NCBI GenBank assembly: GCA_012026655.1 | Contig: JAAILG010000744.1 | Span: 1-64,000, forward strand | Length of the DNA stretch: 64,000 nt | Reading direction: 5' to 3' | Source: Hydrolagus affinis | Taxonomy: Eukaryota | In this document: positions 1-12,400 of the stretch, piece by piece | Layout: each line of letters begins with the position of its first letter | Position numbering within the stretch: the first letter of the stretch is position 1 | Notes under the pieces: model-generated | Databases searched by the model: none | What the model was told of the DNA's origin: nothing | Seen by the model: only the letters and a program-made list of their open reading frames with translations | Position numbers and translations under genes: made by a program

Positions 1-800
1 GGGGGGGGGGGGGGGGAACAATATGATATTTTCTACTGCAGGTACCTAGGGACACCGAAAGGGCATTGACAGGACATTATAGTAGAGGAGAGTGTATGAC
101 TGAGCCAGCCTCTGGGATCTCCCCCCACACACACACAGCTGGGGTTTGCTGTAGCCAGTGTGGACGGTCAGACTCACATCAACTTCATTCAGGGATCACA
201 GCATTGAATTTCCAGCGATGTTACAGGTTTCGGGGAAGAGGTGTGGAGTGGGGGGTGGGGGGGGGGGTGTAATGTATGTGGGGGTAATGTAAGGTAAGTC
301 TGGAACTCAAGCGATAAAACAGAGTGAAACCATCGCTTCTCTCATCTCCAGATTGAACCGATCGCCAGCCAATCTGTGGGGATGTTTTACAAAGTGTCCG
401 ACAATCCCTGTAGCGTGGCTGTGTGTGTGTGTGTGTGTGTTTTGTTGTTTTTGAAGCAGCGATCGTGGTCAGGAAACTTTAATGAATCCGAAAGACTAAC
501 GAACAAATGGCCTCAGATGGTTTAACAAGGTTCTTTTGTCGGCGGTGTGTTTTGGCGCCTGGCAGATCTGTTAAAAGTAATCTAACATGCTATTCATGAA
601 TGAGAGGCCAGTGCAGACCACAGGCTGTGGCTCAGACACCGTCATCTGCTATCAGCACTGACTACAGCACCGCTCACACAACGCCAGACCTTCAGCTACA
701 GCATTACACTAATCCCATACAGTCCTGAACCAAACCGCTGGACACACAGACTTGCCAGGATAACGCCAATGCTTTTTACACACGACCTACAGTTCACCTG
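1..800. promoter_or_regulatory. CpG-enriched, G-tract-containing segment; possible edge of a promoter or CpG island
   Basis: Many CpGs (CGATCG, GTCGGCGG, GGCGCC, CACCGC) compared with the depleted background; G-runs at 1-16 and 250-267; no recognisable TE. Confidence 0.4.
420..440. repeat. (TG)n microsatellite
   Basis: Directly visible. Confidence 0.95.
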
Positions 801-930
801 GAGGGCAAAGCATTTTTTCCCCAAAAAAAATAATTTCCCATTATAATTGTAATAAGAATACTATTCACAGTTGACTTTACACCTAATCACGGCAGCACAT
901 GAAGCATTTCGCAGCATTTTATGTTTTAAA

Positions 931-1380
931 AATCCTTATATTTGACATGGAACCTTACTTAACAAGACGACGATATGTCTCACAGCGTACACTGTAAAGT
1001 GCGGTGACTGTGTACTTTGTGGACATGTTTATATCATGACCTTTATAGTTCCTTACCAAGTCCAAACCTACTTTTTCAATAGCTGTGACTATTTATGGTG
1101 GGAAACGTGACAGTCCATCGCAAAACAAACATCAAGGTCCCAGGAATAGCCATTGGACGAATGGCCAGATAACCTGGAGGATTGCTAGCCAGGACACCAG
1201 GAAAATCCATTTTCTCATTCCCCAAAATTGCCATGTGAAAAGATGAGGGTTTGGGTTTAACCTTTCATCCAAAGGACAGCACTGCCAACAATGGAGCGCT
1301 CATCCAATGTCTGCCTAACCTGAACCCATAACCTTCTGACCTAAAGGCGAGAGTGCTACCAACTGAGCCAAGCTGACACC
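931..1380 (-). mobile_element. DeuSINE (SacSINE1-like), diverged
   Basis: Minus strand starts GGTGTCAGCTTGGCTCAGTTGGTAGCACTCTCGCC...GAAGGTTATGGGTTCA (A/B boxes), then Deu-like GGATGAAAGGTTAAACC and a degenerate tail. Confidence 0.8.
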
Positions 1381-2644
1381 CAGAACATACAGGCAGATTA
1401 CTAATGGAACTGAACAACAATGAAATGTAATGATGACCTTGTGACGGTTCAATGTTCATTCTGAATCAGAAATTCTGCTCAATGCATGGAGAAGTATGCA
1501 ATAGCAGGTTAATCAACACTAAAATAGCAATGCAGTCCCACCACACACATTGCTACTTAAGCAAAGTACTTAAAAAAGATTTGTTACAAAAATCAATAAA
1601 GAGTTTTGGAAAAATTCTTCACCAAGTATAGTTTCACATTCCCAGATTAAAAAAAAATGTTATAGTCAATGTTACCGACAGCGGGTATTGTGTTTCTATT
1701 CCAAAACAAAAGAAAAATGTTTACAAAATGGGGTAAATAAATACTTCCAAGTTCGGTACATTTTGTTTAATTAAAATTGTATTGGAATTTGCAGCAGAAA
1801 TTCAGTGGAAGTAGAGTGCTTACTTTCAGTCACTGGGAGGACTCCCATATTACAGCACTCACATTTCTCATCAAGGATGTCTGATAAGAAATATCAGATA
1901 AGAAATAACTTTGACACAAATATTTCTGAGATATTAGCAGCAGATTTATCACTAACATTGCTAAAAATATGAATAAAATATATTGTAAAATCCTACCGAA
2001 AAGTCAAAACCAATTGCTCTGTTCTGTCCCTTCCTTTGTCGCTATTCAATATTCTTTATTTTATATTTCTTGTCAATATTCTCAGATTCTGTTTTATTTT
2101 TCATCTATTGGTTCACTGGGTTCCCACCTCCTTCCACCGAATTTCTGTCCATTTTAGATAGTTTAAAATCTATTTGATTGACTGAAAGCTGCTCATAAAA
2201 GTTATTTTCAGCCAGTTTGGAGTCAGATCATTGAACTCTGACCTGATTGAATGATTAATTAGAGAGACTGGCCAAACTTTTGATGTGTTCTTCCAGCCAA
2301 CTCAGACAGCACAAAGTATTTGATGATATAACGCATCAGCGGTCCAGGTAAGTGGACCTACTGAAATGGGCTAGTCACAATATAATCATATAGCAATCAT
2401 CACATATATTGCATGTTCTTAACACCAGTCATTTTGATCTAAACCTGTATGAAGTCACCACATTCTTGCTCTGGAAATAGTTTGTATCAGTTTCCCTATC
2501 CACAAAGAGTAGAATTAGGAGCATCCTCTCTGGTAAAATATTCCAGTGCATCTCGCCAGAAAGTGAGTGATCCATCTTACTGAGATGGTGGTATGAGGAT
2601 TTTAAAGTGTGGCCTTCTTCATTATGAACTCTTTTGTAATATGA

Positions 2645-3035
2645 GCTTCGCTCAGTTGCTGCTACTCTCGCCTCTGAGTCACAGGTTCAACCCACTTTGT
2701 GACTTGAAACTCACAGTAGAGGCTGACACTCCAAAACAGTGTTGGGACAGGGTACTGCATTGTCAGAGGTGCTATCCATTGGATAAAACAATGAACTGAG
2801 TACCATTAGCCTGTTCAGCCTGACATTAAACATCCTATAGCATCCATTCAAAAAGGTAGCTGAGCTGACAATCTCGCAGATAAAAACGATCATTGTCCTT
2901 ATCAGCTATTTGTGGGATATTGCATCCCATAAATAATCAGTCAATTCACTTCACAGTATATTCTGTGAAGCGCTTTGAGACATCTAGAAGATGTGAAAAG
3001 TGCTATATCAAAATGCAAGGATTATTATATTATTA
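2645..3035 (+). mobile_element. DeuSINE (SacSINE1-like) with a well-preserved tail
   Basis: GCTCAGTTG...CTCTCGCCTCTGAGTCA head, GGCTGACACTCC, Deu-like core, tail GTGAAGCGCTTTGAGAC...TGCAAGGATTATT. Confidence 0.8.
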
Positions 3036-3039
3036 TCCA

Positions 3040-3101
3040 AAGCCTTGGGATGTCCTCCCGATGTGAAAGGTGCTATACAAATGTAATTTAGTTGGTGTTG
3101 T
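3040..3101 (+). mobile_element. L2 LINE extreme 3' tail only
   Basis: GCCTTGGGATGTCCTCCCGATGTGAAAGGTGCTATACAAATG matches the end of the L2 at about 54160-54222. Confidence 0.8.
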
Positions 3102-3126
3102 GTACACAGAGTACACATTGTGTACA

Positions 3127-3318
3127 TGGAGTTCTGTGGCTTAGTGGTTAGAGCACTTGTCTTGCAAGCTGGGGAGATCTGTGTTCAAATCCAAGCAGGT
3201 CAGGGCGAAACCTTGGGCAAGTTTCCTTACTCCGCACGCCTAATAATAATCTGCCAAAAAAAAACACAATAATAAAATTGGTCATTTCAATCCACAACTG
3301 TTTGTGGGACACTGCTGT
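3127..3318 (+). mobile_element. tRNA-derived SINE (dominant family, short form), 3' truncated
   Basis: TGGCTTAGTGGTTAGAGC A box, GTTCAAATCC B box, CCTTGGGCAAGTTTCCTTACTCC. Confidence 0.85.
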
Positions 3319-3463
3319 AGCCCTCCTACCTCTCAGCCCTCCCTCATCCCAACCCTCCCCCCGCACCCCCCATCCATGCCCAGGCCTGGACCACTCACTG
3401 GGATCCTGGGACGTCCTCCCGATGGAAAAAGCTCTCTAAAAAAAATGTAATTTTGTTGTTGTT
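3319..3463 (+). mobile_element. L2 3' UTR and tail
   Basis: C-rich UTR, GGGACGTCCTCCCGA, (TTG)n end. Confidence 0.75.
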
Positions 3464-3730
3464 GAATGTTAAAGATTGCGTACCACTATTCTACAAGCAG
3501 AGGGATTTGCTCCTCGTGTCTGGCAACAATCCTCCAAATTAATTGATTCTTGACTCCATGGCTGTTCATATGTCTTTGCTTTGCATAGATGTTGGCTGTT
3601 GTATTTGCCTACAATTACATAGTAATGTGAATGACATAGTCACTACAATTGACAGCAAATCCTTGTGAAGTGCTTTGAGACATTTTGATGTTCTAGGCAC
3701 TATCATCAGATGAAAGGATTGCTATTGTTA
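3464..3730 (+). mobile_element. DeuSINE 3' half, old
   Basis: Degenerate AAGCAGAGGG..TCCTCGTGTCTGGCAA and GTGAAGTGCTTTGAGAC tail. Confidence 0.6.
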
Positions 3731-4265
3731 TAAATCTACTTAGCTCCCAGATATGGTTTCACCTTTTATTTGAAAGATCTCTAATAACAGATATAATGCT
3801 GGCTACTTGTAAAATCAAACTTGCAGGATCTTTCCTTTGTTTCCTCACTACTGGATAGATGTTCTTTCTATTCTTACAGACTAATATATGATGTACATTT
3901 TAATATACATCTATGAAGGGAAATGTATGGCTGATCAATGGTATAAGAGTTTCATTTGTGGTTTAAAGTAAAGGTGGATCATATGAGATTAGAAGCAACA
4001 GCAATGAGAAAATACAATATGTAATCTGATAATTATCACCAATGATGAGTATCACATCACTCAATGCATTCTCGCTTCCCCAAAAATATTTGCTGACATA
4101 CACTCCAATATGCGGGTAAAGGATAGTTATTATTTTGTTTCCAATAGTGAATAAAGTCTGTGAATTTCAAGAAGACCCTGGATCCTATAAAAGTAATGGC
4201 TTGTAACTACAATTGGGAATTCTCTTGAGATTACCTGACTCTCCTGCCGCCTCCACTCTACCGGT

Positions 4266-4606
4266 GGAATCCTGCAGCTCAGTGGTTAGAGCACTCACCT
4301 CACAAGCATGAGCCCAAGTGGAAACTTTCCTTACTCCACATGCTTGTTTACCTAGCAACAAGTAGGAACCTGGTTGTTAATGGATTGGCGGATCACGTTT
4401 CCAGGGGTAATAACTAATTAAATTTTTTTTTATAAATTGGTCACTCAATCCACAACTGTTTGTGAATCACTACCGTCTGCAATTGGCTGCTGCATTTCTC
4501 CCATAAAGTATACAGTCAATTCAGTTTACAGTATATTCTGTGAAGCACTTTGAGACACCGCAAAGACATGATAAGGCGCTATATCAAATGCAAACTGTTA
4601 ATATAT
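4266..4606 (+). mobile_element. tRNA-derived SINE, long form
   Basis: GCTCAGTGGTTAGAGCAC head; extra block GTTTACCTAGCAACAAGTAGGAACCTGGTTG; standard tail. Confidence 0.85.
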
Positions 4607-4633
4607 TGCCACAGTATTCACAGGGGTGAGACA

Positions 4634-4924
4634 AATAATAATAATCCTTGCATTTGAAATAGCGCTTTTCCATTTTCTAGATGTGTAAATTCTAAAGTGA
4701 ATTGACTGTATATATGTGGGCGAAACGCAGCAGCCAATTGCACACAGCATTGTCCCCACAAACAGTCGTGGATTGAAATGACCAATTTATTATTGTTTAT
4801 TTTTGAGGGATTATTATTAGGCGGAGTAAGGAGTAAGGAAACTTGCCCTAGGTTTTGCCTTGCCTGGAATTGAACCCAGGTCTCTTGCTTGTAAGGCAAG
4901 TGCTCTAACCACTGAGCTACAGGA
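4634..4924 (-). mobile_element. tRNA-derived SINE, short form
   Basis: Reverse complement of the family consensus, head to (ATT)n tail. Confidence 0.9.
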
Positions 4925-5339
4925 AAAATGGACTGTTTATCAGGAATGATATAATATACAGTATTGAGATAATTCCTTCCGCTTTGCCCCCACTTTGCCC
5001 CCACCATTACCAGATCGTATCTGAACAAGTTCCTCTTCTTCGATGCCTATCATCACCTCCCTCCTCTCCTCAGTTAGCTCTACCACTGTAATTCGCTCTG
5101 AGATTTTACCCCAAGTGGTGCTGTATATATGTAGGTTGCTGTTATTTTACTTTCATGAAAGGAATACAAATTCAAGATAAATACTAATTGAATTGAAGAT
5201 TCATCTCATCGGACTATTTGAGACACAGAGATTATTAAGCATCATATAATGGAATAGTACAATGCAGTTTTAAAGCAGATTCTTCAAACTTTATGAGCTT
5301 TAAAAAAGCATGTTATATGGCTTATTGTGTCTTGTGATC

Positions 5340-5565
5340 TCATAGCACTTCTTCACAGGTAATTATTGCCAACTTGTGACTTTTTTGTAGGCAAACGTTT
5401 GTTCCAGCAAAGCCTCATAAACAGTCATGAAGTGAATGATCGATTTATTTGGAGATATATTGGCTAGGACACTGGGAGAAACTCCCATCTCCTTTCAAAT
5501 AGAAGTCTGGGATCCAAGGCAATTCGGACTTAAATTTAACATCTCATCCAAAGGTCGCACCTTTA
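5340..5565 (-). mobile_element. DeuSINE fragment
   Basis: TTTAACATCTCATCCAAAG and GGCTAGGACACTGGGAGAAACTCCC Deu-like motifs. Confidence 0.65.
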
Positions 5566-5589
5566 CTAGTGTTTCAGGCCATTAGGTCC

Positions 5590-5869
5590 AACAGTCAGTG
5601 CTGGTTCAGCCTCCTCCTCATCTCCCGACTCCTCCGCTCCACCATCGGTGGCTATGGTTTCAACCACTATGCCCCAAAACTTTGGAACTCCTTCCCTCAA
5701 CCCCTTCACCTTGTCCCCTCCTTCCCCACCCTGCTGTTTGCGCCTGAAGACCTTTCTTTTCGACCGCTCCGAGGATCACCCTCCCCCAGGCTCAGTGTCA
5801 GGCTCTGCCATTGTTAAGGGATGCCGCCCAGTGTGGAGGGCGCTATGTGAATGCCAGTTATAGTTGTTG
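5590..5869 (+). mobile_element. L2 LINE 3' fragment
   Basis: Encodes RSTIGGYGFNHYAPKLWNSFP and LKTFLFDR (L2 ORF2 C-terminus), then the tail. Confidence 0.8.
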
Positions 5870-8800
5870 CTCATCATCTCCACATTCAAATGAACAAGCT
5901 GACTGATACTTCTGCATCTGAATGTTGAACATTCTGAATATTGAAAATTCCAACCAAGTAGCAACTAACACAACTGAATTAAACCACAAAAGAACAATAT
6001 TTTAATGAATAATAAAATAATTTATTTGTATTATGGTGGTTTTACAACTAAAATAATATGTATCAATATTGGTTTCTGACACGGTGTGGCACAGTGCAAA
6101 CACAATCGTACAATCACAAACAGCAATGAGACATAAAGACTTAATAGAGTACTTTCAGATGCAATGGTTTAAAATGGACTGGATTACAAATGACAGAGAA
6201 AGCTGCAGAAAGCTGCAACATTATCATAGATTGTTAACTAACAAGGGGATCTAATTGTCAAACTGTTTATTGCTATTCCTTAATAAGGTGTCCCATGACA
6301 ATTCCCATCAACTGTAAATTGACTGTGTCAGAATGAAGTTCCTGTGGTTCAGTGTGATGTACTTCCTGTTCTTTATTGAGGAATCCCATTAAGAAATTCT
6401 GCAAACTAAACCTCAAGCAATAATAGGGATAATGCACAGGTAAGAACTGAAGCACTGGCCAATGCCAAGTGGATAACTAATCATCTTTGTAAATCTATTC
6501 CTGTAGCTATTGGGTCTGGGAATCTTTTGGCAGAATCTTAAAGGTTAAGCGTTATCAAGATAATATGCCTACAAGATACTTTACCTTTCTTCTATACAGA
6601 GCAAGGTGTGGGCGTTATATCACTGCCCAATGTACATATTAATTTATATTTTGAAGCAAAATGTAAAGAAACATTTGAAAAAATAGACATTTCCTGCCTA
6701 AGAATATAACAGTGATTCCTGCGATGTGAATGTTTGAAGGAATCATAAAGTTGGTCTTCAGCTGTCAAAAACTTACTGCTGGGTTCATTGCCGGTTACTC
6801 ACGGGTTGAGGAAAGCTCTGTGCCTGTGCAACCAAACGCACACACGTGCAGAGCTCCATTAATCAGGTTGGTTTTTAATATCCCTAACATTCCAGTTGTA
6901 TGTAATCAACTTTTAAACAATGCTTCCTCAAAACTCTGAACTACCTCCTAAGAGTTCTTAAGGGGATATTTTGGAGTGTACACTACACCGATTCATCCCC
7001 GCGGCTGTGGTACTTGATGTTCTGGCCAAACCTCCTCCTGAGGGTGGATACAGCAGCCAGGCTCCAGTGTGAATCCCTCAACAGCCTGGGAGATCATTAG
7101 TCGGGAAACATATTGTTGAAACAATTTTGCTGCCTCCAGCCAGCACTGAGTCTAGACGTTCCTGACTACCCATTGAGGTAGTAACCTCCTGGTTTTACTT
7201 GTATGCTTTATACTGGATTCATTCACACCAATAAAGCATAAAATCACAGTTGCTAATCATGATAATGTATTGAAACTACCCATTACTGGTGTAGCTATCT
7301 GGGCTTCAGTGCAACATCAGGTAGGTTCACTGGATCAGATGCCATTTATTGGAGTGATTTTCCATTATGATGGCAAGTTCATGTGACATAAACTCAGTGG
7401 TGCACAATTCAGTATACATAGAAGTGACACGACAAAACAGGACAAAAGTATTTAAAATGAACAAACATCAAATGTACTGTATAAAACACATATCAAAAGG
7501 AAAACGATACACTGCAAATAATACATGATGGACACAGAAACACTCAGAGGCTGGCTCATTAGTAGTAGCAAATTATGGTAGTTATTTTATGATTATGAAA
7601 GACCGTACCTCCCAAGCAAGGCAGTATGAGGGAATATTTGGAATATGCCATCACTTGTGGTTTATTGTATGACCGTGGCTCAAGAATGGAATATTGACAC
7701 ACACCTTTAACACATTCTGCCAATTGTTAAGTGCTATTTCACAATAATGAAGTAACACTTTGGAATCTTCTATTTGTGCCATAATAAGATTGTTGGTGTT
7801 AAAAGCACTAACTGCACCCATAGAATAGTCTAGTGTGCCTCATACCTAATAACTATTATTAATTTTTAACACAGAGCTGAACATGAAAACCCGCTCCAAG
7901 CTGATCAACACAGTTGCAACAGTTCTCACGATTGTTTCACACAGAAAAACTAAAAGTATTAATGCTCAGTGTTATGTCTTGCTTGTACTGCACTGCTGTT
8001 TACTGAGACTTCTGGTGCTACAATTCCCATTTTGAACTAAGCTTAAAAGTTTGCATGTGGTAGAATATTGGGAATGATTCTACTGCTGAAAAGTAGGGAC
8101 ATAACAATGTGTTTGCTAGTTAACATTGAATTGCAACCCTTTTTCCCAATAGAAGAAGTTGTTGCGTTACAGAAATCAGTAGCTTTAGATTACTGCTTAA
8201 CATTTCCAATTTGTGGAAAGATAAGTGGGTCTTGTAGAGTGACTCTCCATTCATTGATACATTTCTTGACCTTGGCGGTCGAGAGGGTCTGACTGACCTC
8301 TGGTCAGTAAACATAACTTTAGGAGTGCAGTATTACTGTGGGATTTTCCCAAATTGATAAATTTACTGACAACTGGAGAATCATATTTACATTAGTGAAT
8401 AGGACTTGGAACCATACAGTGGGGTTGAATAAGAGAACTGGAACATAACTGTTGCCTTTCTATCGGAAAAACCATCTCAGCGTAAACTGTGTTTCCAGCA
8501 GACAATTCCATGTATGTCCATCTGACTCGCGTGATATGGCCTTGACATGATTTTGGAGTCAAGGACTCGGAGGTGCCATGTGTAAAGGGAGTTCCCTGCA
8601 GGAGATGCAGTTTATGTCCTGAGGCCCTATTTTTGACAGCGAGGCACTAATAACAATACAGATTTTTCAGTGTAAATTTCAGTGTTACAAGAGATTTCCA
8701 GCCATGTGCATAGTGTGCCAAAACATTCACAACTACCATATGATTGTTTATCTTTTGATGGCCAACCATCTAGTGATCTTAGAGGGATACAGGTATGCGT

Positions 8801-10204
8801 TAAAGTAGTTTCTCAACTCTATGTACACACAATATAACTCAATGAAATAACCGATTATGGTTAAAAATTAGATTCATTCACTGCAAGGATGCATAATTAA
8901 TTGCTATTTATAATCCCTCACATACAATGAGAGAAAGATACAAGTTTAAACAAATTTGTTTCTGACTGAATTTTTAAGGGTGCTGAAAATAGTACACATA
9001 ATTAACTTAAATAAACGTAAACAATTTGAAAAACTGAATAAACATTTAAAATGACTTGTTACAATCAGTTTCAGACTCATGGAGGAAGAGGCTTTTCTTG
9101 CTCAATCAACTGCATTTGGTGGTTTGAGCCAAGTGGCAAGAGGCAAAGTTAACAGAATGCCTTTCCCACCCACCCCTTTTTGGTGCTGCATTAGGTTGAT
9201 GTTGGGTAAATAATCCTTGCATTTGATAGAGTGCTTTACATAGCACGGGTATCAAGGAAACCTAACAGTAAAGTACTGTGAATGGGAGGTTACAGGATTA
9301 AACACCAATTATTGCGATAGTATGAGGATACTCTGTCTGACATGTGACATTACAATAGAATGAATTGATGAAAGACCTGTGCTGGTATAGTGAACACTTT
9401 GTAAGGAATTGCTCACCAGAGTGAGTTAACAGATTTACCATATTCATACTAACAGCATTTTAACAAATTTGTCAATTTCTATTTTATTTAACCAGCATCT
9501 TTACAATTCATCTTTAATCAGATGGATATAAAACTATATTTTACTTCATTTGATCATTGGTGTGTACCTGGGTATTTCAACAATGTAAATTTAATTCACA
9601 AATCTGCAGTTTCTGAAATTGTACGGAAAACCAGTTTACACTAGATAGTTGTTACAATCATTAGATAAAGGACATAATAATAAATGTAACATTAATACAA
9701 ATACTGTAATAATATCATATGAAACATAAGTACTATAATGAACAGTGTTGATGCTTAAGCAATGAATGCCAATTTGGTCGGTGTTACTTTTCTTATGGTC
9801 ATTTTGCTATAAAATAGGCTCTCAGCAATGTTGCAGCTGTGGCTACAGTACTGTTGGCCTCAGAAACTCTTGAAAATTAGGAAGTATCATGTACTACTTA
9901 TCCGAAGCTCCCAGCATCTAAACAGCCTTCATGCGGGATCTGCTTTGCCCTTTTAGGTGAGTAAGGAATATTATTACTCAGTTGCTTTGTGAAGACTGCA
10001 TGATTGCAAACATCAGTCTGATTCAGGCCTGACACCATGTCACAGTCATGCAGAAGAAACTGTTCAATCAATCTGCTAGCCACGTCCTAGTTCCTTTCAG
10101 GAACTTCTTCCTCTTCGACTGCATCTTGGGAAACTTCTGAAAAATCTATAAACAGTAAAAATAAATCAAACAGTTAGATGAATCAGGCTTTCATCATTTG
10201 ATAT

Positions 10205-10490
10205 CACAGGAGAGATTTGGATAATAAAGGTTCATTTGATCTCATCCTTCCAGAATGCCTACCTTACCACTCTCCCATCACAGCATCAAGCTGCTTTTTT
10301 TAAAAATGAGATCAATGGTCTGGCTTCAACCAGCCTTCCTGGTAACATTTTCCATTGATTAATACCGCCTGGGTCCTTTGGAACTCTATTCCTATGTTTG
10401 TTTGTTCTGCTGTCACAGTGAGTCCAAAAATATTGTTCTGGTTTTACTTTCTCAATCCCATTTAAGATCTTGTATGCCTATATAAATCCC
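10205..10490 (-). mobile_element. Old CR1-type LINE 3' fragment
   Basis: Similar to 41540-41710 (TTTGATCTCATCCT...CAGCATCAAGCTG); degenerate CR1 C-terminal and UTR motifs. Confidence 0.55.
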
Positions 10491-10509
10491 ATATTATATG
10501 TATAATGAT

Positions 10510-10935
10510 TGCAGTCCTGTATCTTAGTGATTAAAGCTCTCGTGTTGAAAGCTAGAGGACCTAGGTTGATTCCCCGAGCAGGACAAAACATTGGGCATGT
10601 TTCCTTACTCAACATGCCCGTTTACCTTGCAGTAAATAGGTACCTGGTTGTTAGATAATTGGTGGATTGCAATAATAATGCGTTAAAAAAATGTTTTAAA
10701 AAAGTTCACTTAATCCACGACTGTTTGTGGGACATTACTAGGCACAATTGGCTACAATTTGTTCACCCACAAAGCATACAGTCAATTCACTTTATAATAT
10801 GTTATGTGAAGTACTTTGAGGTGTCTAGAAGACGTGAAAAGTGCTATATGAAAAGCGAGGATTATTATTATTCTGTGAAGCTCTTTGAAAGCATACATAC
10901 ATGTTGAAGTGCTATATCAAATACAAAGATTATAT
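10510..10935 (+). mobile_element. tRNA-derived SINE, long form, with a second partial tail
   Basis: GTTTACCTTGCAGTAAATAGGTACCTGGTTG block; tail repeated at about 10868-10935. Confidence 0.8.
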
Positions 10936-11679
10936 CGGATTATTACAATGATTAAAAGGCGTTATTTGGTGCAATTACAAGGCATGCACAATGCATGTGT
11001 GGCCTGCTGGCTTGTTCAAAATAGTTACATTTTGAAGATTAGGGTTTAAAATGCAATAATCACAAGCTCTGTACATTGCGTTTGAGGCCAGAGGTTTGTT
11101 CTGGGCTGCTTCTCAGCAAAGAAAAGGCCTGAAAAGTCTGACCTCCCTAAAGATACCTCCCTAAATTATATTGCAATTTTTTTTAGTTTCTAGTAATTTG
11201 CATTACAAACTGGAAGCTGCTAAAAGCCATTTCCAATTGACAAATACAATATTTTCAACCAACACATCAACGTCATAGCTTTCAAGTGGTTTTGACTAAA
11301 CCATTATTTAGTCAGCTCTGTATTTTCAGAAAGTATTTGACAACGGTTTTGAAGAAACCTTTTGGAGCTGATGACAAAATAGCCAGCACATGTTGAAAAC
11401 TGTCTTAGCACAAAAAACAATCATGACAAATGGAAAGAACTCAGTATGAAAGAGATCAAGTGACAACATTCTGCAGATGTTCAGGTCTCCTGCTGTTAAT
11501 ACTATTTGGACCTGTTATGGGGTAAGGCAGTTCCTGTAATAGTAATATGTTCTAGTGACATTAAGCTACTTGTTCAGGTGATAAATGTGAGGAAATAAAA
11601 AAGCATGGAATGACAAAGTGCCATTCAATTCTTCAAACCCATTCTTTCCCCAAACCGCACAAAACTCATCGCATCATAG

Positions 11680-12400
11680 TGTTCAGGCCACCTCTTGGGG
11701 AAAAGTTTAATAGATATTCACAAACGCAATCAATAAAAACTCCAACATCATCATCCATTTCAGCCTGCAGAAAACAACTGATGATTTCCAAAAATGTGTG
11801 ATGATTTGGAGAAGTTCAGGAAAAAGGGTACAAGATTAATTCTGGGATTCTAACTTATAAAGAGATTTTTATACGACTGAAACCTCTTTTGGAGAAAGGA
11901 AAATATAGAAAGGGAATGAGGCAAATCTTGAAAATCCTAAAAGACATGGATAATACAGATGTTAATATCGTCACAAGATGTGTGATTTAGAACTGGAGAA
12001 CACAAGAAGATAAGTAGGTAAGTAGATACTGTAGGAGGCAGAAGAGAGAAGAGATGCGATTATTTTCTTTGTGGGGCAGCGGATGTGAGGGATAGGCTTC
12101 AACTCAAAACAATGTAAAATAAGTCCTTTTATAAATGAGATGGAGACATGTCTGCTTAAATTAATTTCTGAGCTGTGAAGCTTATGGAAAGCTTTCCATG
12201 CCTGGAAAAATAATCAAAGATTAATAAGGCAGGTGGCTTGTTTAGGTATATAGTAGTCTTACCTGACTATATTTGGGAAATCCTTAGATAAAATAAATTG
12301 TGTCTGATTCCATAATAGGACAAATTGCACTTGGTCAATGTTGGATTGGGTTTGATGGGCCAAATTATTTTTCCTTGTTCCCTGCTCCTTATGCTCCTAT
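11680..12400 (+). mobile_element. Highly decayed CR1 LINE 3' end
   Basis: Remnants of LEKV..TRLI.G, KILK.MD and TxGH-like motifs; tail GATGGGCCAAAT...CTTATGCTCCTAT. Confidence 0.55.
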
